From Nitrospinaceae bacterium (GTDB lineage: Bacteria > Nitrospinota > Nitrospinia > Nitrospinales > Nitrospinaceae), in NCBI GenBank assembly GCA_965237905.1, contig OZ250172.1, positions 2,816,001 through 2,880,000 on the forward strand: a stretch of 64,000 bases of DNA. Reading direction: 5' to 3'. The translations under genes were made by a program, and so were the position numbers. This document shows positions 27,609-41,047 of this stretch, one piece after another (the stretch's first letter is position 1; each line of letters begins with the position of its first letter). Below the pieces are notes generated by a model that saw only the letters and a program-made list of their open reading frames with translations, was not told where the DNA came from and searched no databases.

Positions 27609-28049
27609 TTAAAGCAAAAAAGAGGAGTTCGTTAAAAATAAGGGGGAAGTTCTTAAAGAGAGGGATATGCGGTAACGAAGATTTTGAAAACTACGAGGAG
27701 GGGCGCGATTCAATAAGGTTGAAACCGTTTGCGAAACCTCTGGAAAGGTTTTAATTGGATTCACCGTGGTTTCCCAGGCAGGCAAAGAAATAAAAGTGAA
27801 AGAGGGAATGAGCAAGGTTGCCTTGATGCAATTCTTTTTACAACAGTCCCTTGATTCATTTTGACTTAAAGGGGAATTGGCATGTGACCCATGGCGCTTG
27901 AAGGGGGATTTTTTTACATGTTTAAGGCAAAGTTTTTTGCAACAGAGCTTTGCCTGTGCAGGAGAAATAATTGGGGACATGGGAATCAACAAGGAAAAAG
28001 CTAAAATTCCCAGTGCCAATTTGGGGAATCTGAATATCTTAGGTTTCAT
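27609..28049 (-). CDS. Cys/His-rich exported protein with a RAPP motif (DUF2946-like leader candidate)
   Basis: Signal peptide, CC..LC, DCC..NC, RAPP encoded at 27696-27707. Confidence 0.6.
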   Translation of the reverse strand: MKPKIFRFPKLALGILAFSLLIPMSPIISPAQAKLCCKKLCLKHVKKSPFKRHGSHANSPLSQNESRDCCKKNCIKATLLIPSFTFISLPAWETTVNPIKTFPEVSQTVSTLLNRAPPRSFQNLRYRISLSLRTSPLFLTNSSFLL

Positions 28050-28237
28050 GGTTTAAGATTACAGGATAAAAGAATGGGAAATCAATTTAAAAATTGGTCA
28101 CGATTTGTGTCTGATAAAACAATTGATTTAGATATACGTTAAGTTCTAGGTGTATTTAAACGGGTTTCCGATCTCCTGCGAGCAACTAAAGTAAGATATT
28201 TCCGGCAATAATATATGGGGTATGTCACCCCAAACGC

Positions 28238-28254
28238 TACCCGAATTGCTACCC
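28238..28254. repeat. Tandem GCTACCC direct repeats, possible integrase arm-type sites
   Basis: GCTACCC-gaatt-GCTACCC about 50 bp from the tRNA 3' end. Confidence 0.4.
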
Positions 28255-28260
28255 AGAGGC

Positions 28261-28297
28261 AAAAATGGGCTAGCCCATAAGAGCTAACCCATTGATT
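28261..28297 (-). terminator. tRNA-Pro downstream hairpin/terminator overlapping an IHF-consensus site
   Basis: AATGGG(C/T)TAGC stem with a T-run; minus strand AATCAATGGGTTA at 28285-28297 matches WATCAANNNNTTR. Confidence 0.65.
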
Positions 28298-28301
28298 TAA
28301 A

Positions 28302-28378
28302 TGGTCGGGATGAGAAGATTTGAACTTCCGACCCCCTCGTCCCGAACGAGGTGCGCTACCAGGCTGCGCTACATCCCG
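28302..28378 (-). tRNA. tRNA-Pro (anticodon CGG)
   Basis: CGGGATGTAGCGCAGCCTGGTAGCGCA-CCTCG-TT-CGG-GA-CGAGG...GTTCAAATC...CCGACCA; 77 nt with encoded CCA. Confidence 0.97.
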
Positions 28379-28416
28379 AATATTTTATTTGCGTATGATC
28401 CGACAGCGGACTCGAT

Positions 28417-28605
28417 TTAACTTTTGTCCCACACGTAGCGGTTCACGCTCTCGGACTGGAAAGAATTGTTCGTCACGTTGCGTGCTACATCTTTCGACTT
28501 TTTGCATTTGGGGCATTTCACTTCCTTTTCGCCCACTTCGGACATCTTCATTTCCACGACAAAGTCGTGCTTGCATTTCTTGCAGGTGTGATCGTACTGC
28601 GGCAT
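28417..28605 (-). CDS. FmdB-family zinc-ribbon protein
   Basis: MPQYDHTCKKCKHDF...CPKC; SD GAGG. Confidence 0.85.
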   Translation of the reverse strand: MPQYDHTCKKCKHDFVVEMKMSEVGEKEVKCPKCKKSKDVARNVTNNSFQSESVNRYVWDKS

Positions 28606-28681
28606 AATTTTGACCTCTGAAAATCGGTAAGAGTACCTTATTTATATCGTCTTTTCAACGTTCCCGCAAGCGCCGGATGCA

Positions 28682-29431
28682 TCAATCCCGCCTTTTCCCC
28701 GGCTTGACGGCCAGGAATCCCGCGAAATTGAACCATTTGAAAAAAACGTCCGCCTGGCGGAATCCGGCCCCCACCAGCAGGTCCCGGTTTTTCCCCGGTT
28801 TCAGGGGGATCAGCACGTTTTCCAGCGCTTCCCGCTTCTTGGCGATTTCCAGCTTCGAGTACCCCTGGCTTCGCTTGTAGGTATGGTATTGCTCGACGAA
28901 CAGGTCGTTGAGGCCGTCCGACTCCCCCTGCACTTTCTCGATGAGGATCAGCCCACCGCCCGGCCGCAGTCCCTGATAAATCTTTTTCAGCATGGCCGCC
29001 CGCCGCCTCGGTGGTAGGAACTGAAGCGTGTAATTCATAATCACCACACTGGCGTCGGCCAACTCGAATTCGCTTTCCAGGTCCGCTTCCACCAGCTCGC
29101 ACCGTTTGAGATGACCTTTCAGTTTGCCGCGCGCTTTGTTCAGCATGGCCGCTGAATTGTCGAGTCCCACAAAATGGATTTTCTGCGTTGTGGGAATGGC
29201 TTTAACGAGGTGACGCAGAAGCGTTCCCGTGGAGCATCCCAGGTCGTACACCGCCGAATCCTTCTGCGCGAAGTGCAGGGCGAGGTCGATCACCATCTGC
29301 TGGCACTCTTTATAGAAGGGGACACTCCGCTCCAGCATGTCGTCGAACACCCGTGCCACCAGTTCATTGAATTCGAATTTACCCGGTGCCGAAGACTGTT
29401 TGAACAGCGTGTCTTTTTTTTTCGCGGTCAT
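28682..29431 (-). CDS. cmoA: Carboxy-S-adenosyl-L-methionine synthase
   Basis: F.F...VA.VFDDML.RSVPFY, DLGCSTG, NYTLQF, GYS.LEIAKKREALENVL. Confidence 0.93.
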   Translation of the reverse strand: MTAKKKDTLFKQSSAPGKFEFNELVARVFDDMLERSVPFYKECQQMVIDLALHFAQKDSAVYDLGCSTGTLLRHLVKAIPTTQKIHFVGLDNSAAMLNKARGKLKGHLKRCELVEADLESEFELADASVVIMNYTLQFLPPRRRAAMLKKIYQGLRPGGGLILIEKVQGESDGLNDLFVEQYHTYKRSQGYSKLEIAKKREALENVLIPLKPGKNRDLLVGAGFRQADVFFKWFNFAGFLAVKPGKRRD

Positions 29432-29457
29432 ATTGGAAAAGGTTCACCTAAACGCAA

Positions 29458-29485
29458 TCAGGGCGGCCCACACGAGCCGCCCTGA
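29458..29485. terminator. GC-rich hairpin between leuA and cmoA
   Basis: TCAGGGCGGC-N8-GCCGCCCTGA perfect 10-bp stem; only a weak T-run. Confidence 0.5.
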
Positions 29486-29515
29486 CAGGATTGATGAAAG
29501 AATGTGGGTAAACGA

Positions 29516-31075
29516 TCAGGGACCCTGGATTTCTCCACCGCCTACCGGACCCGACTTGGTTTTGACCAGCAGTTTGTTGACGGCGTTGACGTAGGCTTCG
29601 GCGCTGGCTTCCACCGTGTTCACGCCGGTACCTTTGCCGAGCACCTCGCGGCTTTCGTGGAGCACGCGCACGGTGACTTCCCCCTGCGCGTCCTTGCCGC
29701 GGGTCTTCGCCATCACCTGATAATCAATCAGTTTGCAGGTCATCCCGGTGATGTGGTCGATGGCATTGTACATGGCGTCGACCGGACCGTCGCCCTGGCC
29801 GGTTTCCGTGTGAATCTTGCCGTCACGGCTTTTCAAGGTGACCGTCGCGCCAGGTGTGGTGCCGCTTTCAAATGTTCCCTGAACTTTCTCCAGAGTGTAC
29901 GTGTTCAACTCCTCATCGGTGAATTTCCGTTTCTGGATCAGAGCGACGATATCCTCGTCGAACACTTCCTTCTTCTGGTCCGCCAGGGATTTGAAGCCGG
30001 CGAACACCCGGTCGAGTTCCTCCTGCGTTACCTGGTACCCCATCGCTTCGATTTTTTTCGACAACGCGTTTCTGCCGGAATGTTTTCCCAGCACCAGTTC
30101 GGAACTTTCGAGTCCGATATCCTGCGGATTCATAATCTCGTAGGTATCCTTCTTCTTGAGGAACCCGTCCTGGTGTACGCCGGACTCGTGCGCAAACGCA
30201 TTTTTACCGACGATGGCCTTGTTGCGTTGCACAAAGAAACCGGTGAGACTGCTCACCAGACGACTGCAGGCCATGATGTGCCGGGTGTCGATGCGCGTAT
30301 CGATGCCGAAGAAGTCCTTGCGCGTTTTGAGCGCCATGACGATTTCCTCCATCGCCGCGTTGCCGGCGCGTTCGCCGATGCCGTTGATAGTGCACTCCAC
30401 CTGCCGTGCACCTTCCTTGATGGCTTCGAGCGAGTTCGCCACTGCCATGCCAAGATCGTTGTGGCAATGCACGCTGATGATCGCCTGCTCGATGTTCGGC
30501 ACGTTTTGTTTCAAGGAGCGGATGATTTGACCGAACTGGGTTGGTACCGAATAGCCCACCGTATCGGGAATGTTCACCGTACCCGCACCGGCATCGATCA
30601 CCGCTTCCACCACCTCAGCGAGAAATTCCGGTTCCGTGCGCGAGGCGTCTTCTGGAGAGAACTCGATGTCGTCACAGAACTTGCGGCCGAATTTGACCGC
30701 GTCCACTGCCATTTGAATGATCTCATCCTTGCCCTTCTGCAGTTTGTGATCACGATGCAGTTTAGAGGTCGACAGGAATATATGAATACGGGGCGACTCC
30801 GCTTTCTCGAGTGCACGCGCCACTGCTTCAACATCTTTCTCGAGCGCGCGGGCGAGACCCGCCACGGAGGAACCTTTGATCTCGTTCGCGATCTGTTGGA
30901 CCGATTCGAAATCGCCGGGGGACGCGACCGGAAAGCCCGCCTCAATGACATCCACTTTCAATAGAGCCAGCTGCCGCGCGATTTCCAACTTTTCCTTGTT
31001 GTTCATGCTGGCGCCGGGGCACTGTTCCCCGTCTCTTAAAGTGGTGTCGAATATAATGAGTCGTTCCGGTTGCAT
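29516..31075 (-). CDS. leuA: 2-isopropylmalate synthase
   Basis: FDTTLRDGEQ, HCHNDLG, GIGERAGN, AFAHESGVHQDG, regulatory domain G.GPVDA. Confidence 0.97.
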   Translation of the reverse strand: MQPERLIIFDTTLRDGEQCPGASMNNKEKLEIARQLALLKVDVIEAGFPVASPGDFESVQQIANEIKGSSVAGLARALEKDVEAVARALEKAESPRIHIFLSTSKLHRDHKLQKGKDEIIQMAVDAVKFGRKFCDDIEFSPEDASRTEPEFLAEVVEAVIDAGAGTVNIPDTVGYSVPTQFGQIIRSLKQNVPNIEQAIISVHCHNDLGMAVANSLEAIKEGARQVECTINGIGERAGNAAMEEIVMALKTRKDFFGIDTRIDTRHIMACSRLVSSLTGFFVQRNKAIVGKNAFAHESGVHQDGFLKKKDTYEIMNPQDIGLESSELVLGKHSGRNALSKKIEAMGYQVTQEELDRVFAGFKSLADQKKEVFDEDIVALIQKRKFTDEELNTYTLEKVQGTFESGTTPGATVTLKSRDGKIHTETGQGDGPVDAMYNAIDHITGMTCKLIDYQVMAKTRGKDAQGEVTVRVLHESREVLGKGTGVNTVEASAEAYVNAVNKLLVKTKSGPVGGGEIQGP

Positions 31076-31194
31076 GGTTCGGGTTCGTAACCTCCATTTA
31101 CAGGGTTATTGTTGTGAGTCGATATCCTCGACTTTTATCATCTCATAGCTTTCTCGTTTAGAAAAGCCGCTTTGAGATATTCTTGGGAAAGGGA

Positions 31195-31830
31195 TTAATT
31201 GATTGCGCTGACGACTTTAAATCCAGCTTTTTTAATTTTTTCGACGACGTTCGCCGTATCGCATAAATCAAGGCGGAAAAAATACACCTGTTTTTTGTCG
31301 CCGTTTCCGTAGGGCGCCATACCGACACTGATGATATTCAGGTTTTCCCCGTGGATGATGTTCGAGACTTGTTCGAAATTCTTGGGATTTTTGTCCATTG
31401 CCACGTCCACCCGCGAACTGGAATGGATAATGCCCATCAGGTCGACGAAAATTCCCAGAATATCCATGATGGAGATGATGCCCACCAGCTTGTTGCGCTT
31501 GATCACCGGAAGGGCGCCGATCTTATATTTGTAGATGATCAAAGCCGCGTCTTCGATATGGGTTTCCGGCACCACCACCATCGGATCGGGGGTCATATAA
31601 TCGGAAACTTTCATTTTAGCGGGATTCAAAGCCGGGGCTTTTGATTTGGCGCCTCTACCCATAAAGGCTCCGCGGATATCGCTTTCGGTGATGATTCCCA
31701 TGAGTTCTGTGCCATTCATTACCGGCAGATGCCGGATGGACTTCTCCACCATAAGGTCCTGCGCCTTTTTCAAGGAGTCGGATTTTTTAATGGTGATCAT
31801 TTTCTTCGACATGACTTCGCCGACAATCAT
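31195..31830 (-). CDS. CBS-pair plus ACT-like domain protein (AcuB-like)
   Basis: IRHLPV...GIITESDI and IGALPVI...GIIS..DI CBS motifs, C-terminal ACT-like domain. Confidence 0.85.
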   Translation of the reverse strand: MIVGEVMSKKMITIKKSDSLKKAQDLMVEKSIRHLPVMNGTELMGIITESDIRGAFMGRGAKSKAPALNPAKMKVSDYMTPDPMVVVPETHIEDAALIIYKYKIGALPVIKRNKLVGIISIMDILGIFVDLMGIIHSSSRVDVAMDKNPKNFEQVSNIIHGENLNIISVGMAPYGNGDKKQVYFFRLDLCDTANVVEKIKKAGFKVVSAIN

Positions 31831-32173
31831 AACGAGCCTCCAAAATATCAAATCGGTTATTCAAAAACTTACTGTGTATCTAAAATGGGGAATCCCGCCA
31901 GGAAACGGGTGGCAAGATTTGAGCCGGTTGAATCAACCCGAAAAAACCCGGCCGACTGCGGTTTGTGTTCGGCCTACACCCTGTCTTAAACCTTTTTACC
32001 AGAACGGGAATCTAAAATATATTAAAAACAAAAGCTTGCCCGCGGGCCAGATATACTTGGAATAAGTAGATTTAGGTATTATTGAGTAATAAAACTACAC
32101 TAATAGAGATAATAAATATACATAAATCCATCGTGTGCCTCATAATTCCTTTAAAATTGAGGGATTACTGGTT

Positions 32174-32189
32174 TGGCACACCATTTGCT
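32174..32189 (+). promoter_or_regulatory. Sigma54 (-24/-12) promoter upstream of gltB
   Basis: TGGCACACCATTTGCT matches TGGCAC-N5-TTGCW, 100 bp upstream of the gltB ATG. Confidence 0.75.
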
Positions 32190-32289
32190 CTATATTATCC
32201 CTCGAGGGAAAAATTAGACTGATCTTGATTTTGGCCGAAATCTCTATAGAATTTCAAGATTCCGCAATTATCCAATAGATAATAGACAT

Positions 32290-36824
<4,535 letters not shown>

Positions 36825-36825
<1 letters not shown>

Positions 36826-38294
36826 TGGGTGCGGTTAAGGGTTTTATGGAATTTCAGAGAGAGACCCCGAAGCCCCGGCCGGTCAGTGACCGGTTGAAGG
36901 ATAAGAACGAGGTCTATGAACCGTTCCCGCTGGAAAAATATCAGGAGCAGGGGGCGCGTTGTATGGACTGCGGGGTGCCGTTCTGCCAGAGCAATACCGG
37001 GTGCCCGCTGGGCAACGCCATCCCCGACTGGAATGATATGGTGTACCGCGATCAGTGGGAAGAGGCGCTATCCCTGCTTCTCAATACCAATAATTTTCCC
37101 GAGTTCACCGGGCGCATCTGCCCCGCTCCCTGCGAGGGCGCCTGTGTGCTGGCCATCAACGAACCGGCGGTGACCATCCGCAACATTGAGGAGATCATCG
37201 CGGAAAAGGGATTCGAAAACGGTTGGATGCAGCCGAATCCGCCGAAAAAGAGAACGGGAAAAAAGGTAGCGATCGTCGGGTCGGGTCCGGCCGGACTGGC
37301 CGCCGCGGATCAGTTGAACCAGGTCGGGCATACAGTGACGGTTTTCGAAAAGGCGGATCGCATCGGCGGGCTTTTGATGTACGGTATCCCCAACTTCAAA
37401 CTGGAAAAGAGAATCGTAAAACGCCGGACTGATTTGATGGAGGCGGAAGGGGTGGTGTTCAAACCCAATTCGCATGTGGGTGTGAACCTGCCCGGCAAAG
37501 AACTGTTGGAGAATTTTGATGCGGTCATCCTGTGTTGCGGGTCCGAGAAGCCGCGAGACTTGCCGGTGCCGGGGCGGGAGCTGGACGGCATTCATTTTGC
37601 GATGGACTTTCTTCCCCAACAGAACAAGCGCAACGAGGGTGATACCATTCCCGAGGATATTGCTATCATCGCCAAAGACAAAAACGTGCTGATCATCGGT
37701 GGCGGTGATACCGGGTCGGACTGTCTGGGGACCTCTCTGAGGCAGGGCGCCAAAAAAGTGTATCTGTTTGAATTGCTGGACGAACCGCCCGAGGAAAGAA
37801 GCCCGGACAATCCCTGGCCGCAATGGCCCGCCACCATGTATATCAGTTCGTCTCATGAAGAAGCACAGGAGCGGATTACTAAATACAATATCTCGACTAA
37901 AAAATTTACAGGCGAAAACGGTCAAGTCAAACAGGTCCATGCCGTTAAAATCCAATTTGGCGATCCCGATCCTGAAACCGGTCGCCGTCCCCTGGAAGAG
38001 GTTCCCGATTCAGAGTTTACTCTGGACGTTGATCTGGTCCTGCTGGCGATGGGGTTTGTGCATCCCGTGCATGAGGGATTGGTCAAGGAATTTGGATTGA
38101 AGCTGGATGGACGCGGCAACGTGGCCTGCGACCCGAAGAAGATGACCAGTGTGGACGGTGTGTTTGTGGCCGGTGATATGACGCGGGGTCAGTCGTTGGT
38201 TGTCTGGGCGATTGCCGAAGGCCGCGAAGCCGCACGCTCTGTGGACGAACACCTGATGGGTTTTACCTTCCTGCCCCACAGCGAATTTCTATAA
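36825..38294 (+). CDS. gltD: Glutamate synthase small subunit
   Basis: RCMDCGVPFC, GRICPAPCEGAC, GSGPAGLA, GGGDTGSDC, GQSLVVWAIAEGR; TGATG coupling to gltB. Confidence 0.98.
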
Positions 38295-38295
38295 A

Positions 38296-38318
38296 AACCT
38301 GCCCAAGTTAAGCAGGTT
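38296..38318. terminator. Hairpin between the convergent gltD and response regulator genes
   Basis: AACCTGC-N9-GCAGGTT flanked by A/T-rich sequence. Confidence 0.5.
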
Positions 38319-38370
38319 CTATTCAAAATCGTATTTAAAATTCTTAAAAAATCAGGAATGGAAAGTTACG

Positions 38371-38976
38371 TTACTTTCCCAGGGAAACGATGAGTTCCAC
38401 GCGTTTGTGAATGCCCAGTTTCTTGAAGATGCGTTTCAGGTGAAACTTGACGGTGAAGGCACTGATGGCAAGCATTTTTGCGATTTCATCATCGTTGTAA
38501 CCCTGCGCGGCGAGCTGGACCACTTCTTTTTCCCGCCGGGTAAGCCCGGCTTCTTCCAGTTTTATTATTTGCGCAAAATTGGGTTTGGGATTGGTTGGGT
38601 GGAAATTGCTCTTTTTTTCCAAACACTGATCGATTTTTTGCAATAAATCGTTCTGATTCACAGGCTTCAAAATATAATCGTCCAGTTCCAGGCGTAGAGC
38701 TTCAATCGCAGTTTCCATGGACGCGTAACCCGTTAAAATCATAACCGGAGTTTCCGGATTCAGTTCTTTGACTTTCCGCGATACTTCCAAACCGTCCATG
38801 TTCTCCATCTTTAAATCAATGATCACAAGATCGTGCTGAAGCATTTTGAAACTTCTCAGACCCTCTTCACCGGATTCCGCCGTGGTGACCTCGTACCCGT
38901 TCTCTTTAAGGTCATCGCTGACTGTTTCCAAAAGAACTTTTTCGTCGTCTATAAGTAGAATGGAATTTCCGGCCAT
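38371..38976 (-). CDS. Response regulator (REC plus LuxR HTH)
   Basis: LLIDDE, DLKM..MDG, LTGY, YILKP; LTRREKEVV...G...EIA..L.IS..TVKFH. Confidence 0.92.
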   Translation of the reverse strand: MAGNSILLIDDEKVLLETVSDDLKENGYEVTTAESGEEGLRSFKMLQHDLVIIDLKMENMDGLEVSRKVKELNPETPVMILTGYASMETAIEALRLELDDYILKPVNQNDLLQKIDQCLEKKSNFHPTNPKPNFAQIIKLEEAGLTRREKEVVQLAAQGYNDDEIAKMLAISAFTVKFHLKRIFKKLGIHKRVELIVSLGK

Positions 38977-39181
38977 TTTGATGTTTTGACTCCCTAAAAT
39001 CTCGGTAAACATTGAAATCCGATGTAAGTGGGACATAGTATCAAAATCATTTTGATGAAATCTATTGAAAAGAAAGAACTATTCAAAATAATTGGTAAAC
39101 CGAACTTTAAATGGGGAAGTTTTTCTCTATAAATTAATTTTTTTCGGGTGAGTTCACCTTAAATAGGGTGATTAAGAGAAA

Positions 39182-40261
39182 CTAAAATTTCAGGCGCTGA
39201 AAGATCCCTTTCAGTTTCTCTTTGACGGGCTTGCCGTCGATTTCGGCGAGTTCGTGAAGCAGCTCTTTTTGTCTCTTATTTAATTTTTTGGGAGTTTCAA
39301 CAATCAGTTGGATGATCTGATCTCCCCGGCCGCGTCCTCTGATTTGCGGGATACCGGCTCTCTGGATGCGGTAGCGGTCTCCGGATTGAGTTCCCGGGGT
39401 GATGGAGATTACTTTAGTTTTGTTGTCGAGTAAGGGCACCTCAATATCCGCTCCCAATGCGGCTTGGGAATAAGAGATATTCAGTTGGCAGTAGAGGTCC
39501 AAACCTTCACGGTGAAAAAACTCATGGGTCTGGACATGGACAAAAACATAAAGGTCGCCGGCAGGCATTCCCGGCGCCGCTTCACCTTCGTTGCGCAGGC
39601 GAAGTCGCGAGCCATCGTCTACCCCTGCAGGGATGTTGACCGAAATTTCTTTTTTGTCGATTTCCACGCCTTCCCCATGGCAGGTAAGGCAGGGATCCTT
39701 GATGATTTGTCCGGTGCCATGGCAGTGAGGGCAGGGGCTTTGCAAACTGAAAAATCCCTGGGAACGCACCACCTGGCCGGTTCCGCGGCAGGTACCGCAA
39801 TGAACGGGCGAGGTGCCGGGTTTGCATCGGGAACCTTTACAGGTTCGGCAGGGTACGTGTTTGCGGACTTCTACGGGTTGTTCTGCTCCAAAGGCGGCCT
39901 GTTCGAAGGAGATAGTGATATCGGCGCGCAGGTCTGCGCCGGTTCTTTGGCCACCCCCGCCGCCAAAGAAATCACCGAAGATGTCTCCGAAGGCGGAAAA
40001 GATGTCCTCAAATCCGCCGAACCCGCCTGCTCCTTTTCCTTTTAAGCCTTCGTGCCCAAACTGATTGTAGATATTTCTTTTTTCCGGATCGCGCAGGACT
40101 TCGTAAGCTTCTGCGGCTTCCTTGAATTTTTCTTCGGCCTCTTTATTGTCTGGGTTTTTATCCGGATGGTACTTGAGTGCCATTTGGCGGTAGGATTTTT
40201 TTAAATCGGATTCGGAAGCATTGCGGTCAACACTCAAGATTTCATAATAATCTCGCTTCAC
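39182..40261 (-). CDS. dnaJ: Chaperone DnaJ
   Basis: J domain with HPD, G/F-rich region, four CxxCxGxG-type zinc motifs. Confidence 0.97.
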   Translation of the reverse strand: MKRDYYEILSVDRNASESDLKKSYRQMALKYHPDKNPDNKEAEEKFKEAAEAYEVLRDPEKRNIYNQFGHEGLKGKGAGGFGGFEDIFSAFGDIFGDFFGGGGGQRTGADLRADITISFEQAAFGAEQPVEVRKHVPCRTCKGSRCKPGTSPVHCGTCRGTGQVVRSQGFFSLQSPCPHCHGTGQIIKDPCLTCHGEGVEIDKKEISVNIPAGVDDGSRLRLRNEGEAAPGMPAGDLYVFVHVQTHEFFHREGLDLYCQLNISYSQAALGADIEVPLLDNKTKVISITPGTQSGDRYRIQRAGIPQIRGRGRGDQIIQLIVETPKKLNKRQKELLHELAEIDGKPVKEKLKGIFQRLKF

Positions 40262-40270
40262 TCAAGCTCC

Positions 40271-40885
40271 TTACTGTTTCAGTCTTGCCACTTTAACTTT
40301 GGCGGGTTTAAGTAATCTGCCTTTAAAAAGGTAACCCGGTTCCAGTTCTTCCACAATCTCATTATCTTTATCCGGGTCGGTGGTGTCCTCGGTCATGAAC
40401 GCTTCATCCGTCTGGGGGTTGAATTTGCGTCCTGACGCGGAAATGGTTTCAACTCCGCTCTCTTTGAGTGTGCCGAGCAGTTGCGAATAGGTCATTTCGA
40501 TTCCCTGTTTCAGACTTTCATAGTCGGCAGAGGATTGAGCGGAATCGATCGCTCTTTTAAAATTGTCCATAATGGGAATCAGCTTTTTGAAAAAATCGGT
40601 TTTGATCTGTTCGAGCCGATTTTCGTTTTCCTTTTGAAGGCGAACGCGGATTTCATCGGTTTCTGCCGTTTTGGATTTGTAGGCGGCAATATATTCCCGT
40701 AGCTGTTGGTCTTTTGCTTCGGTCTGTTGTTTCAACTGTTCGACATAGGAGGGAAGGCGTTCGGCAGGTTCGCCGGCTGGGTTTTCTCCATCATCTTCGA
40801 GGGCCCAATGACGCCGGTCACTGACGGTGAACCGGGACGTTTCCTGGTTCTCCGTTTGACTGTCCTTGCTTTTTGGCTCGTTCAT
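40271..40885 (-). CDS. grpE: Nucleotide exchange factor GrpE
   Basis: Coiled coil, LIPIMDNF.RA, F.P...EA, GYLFKGRLLKPAKVKVA; between dnaK and dnaJ. Confidence 0.92.
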   Translation of the reverse strand: MNEPKSKDSQTENQETSRFTVSDRRHWALEDDGENPAGEPAERLPSYVEQLKQQTEAKDQQLREYIAAYKSKTAETDEIRVRLQKENENRLEQIKTDFFKKLIPIMDNFKRAIDSAQSSADYESLKQGIEMTYSQLLGTLKESGVETISASGRKFNPQTDEAFMTEDTTDPDKDNEIVEELEPGYLFKGRLLKPAKVKVARLKQ

Positions 40886-41047
40886 AAACGCACCGCATGC
40901 CTGATAAATTATAAGCGGGGAAGCCAGGAAACCAGCTTCCCCGCTCGGGAGAGAGTAAAACCCTCCAAGGGAGGTGAGAAACCGGGCACGCCCGGTTTCC
41001 CGATACTAGCCGGAGCGATGTTCTAAGACACCCACCAGCCTTGGCAC

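Larger units (their letters stand above)
25268..28299. mobile_element. Small integrase-less genomic island at tRNA-Pro(CGG) carrying a metal-related operon
   Basis: Bounded by 45-bp direct repeats of the tRNA 3' half; AT-richer than flanking cmoA/leuA; no integrase ORF inside. Confidence 0.8.

Noticed and set aside
28302..29431. Functional link between cmoA and the neighbouring tRNA-Pro
   Set aside because: cmo5U modifies U34; this tRNA has C34 (CGG), so the adjacency is probably incidental
31076..31194. Possible leucine attenuator leader upstream of leuA
   Set aside because: No Leu-rich leader peptide or terminator/antiterminator pair found
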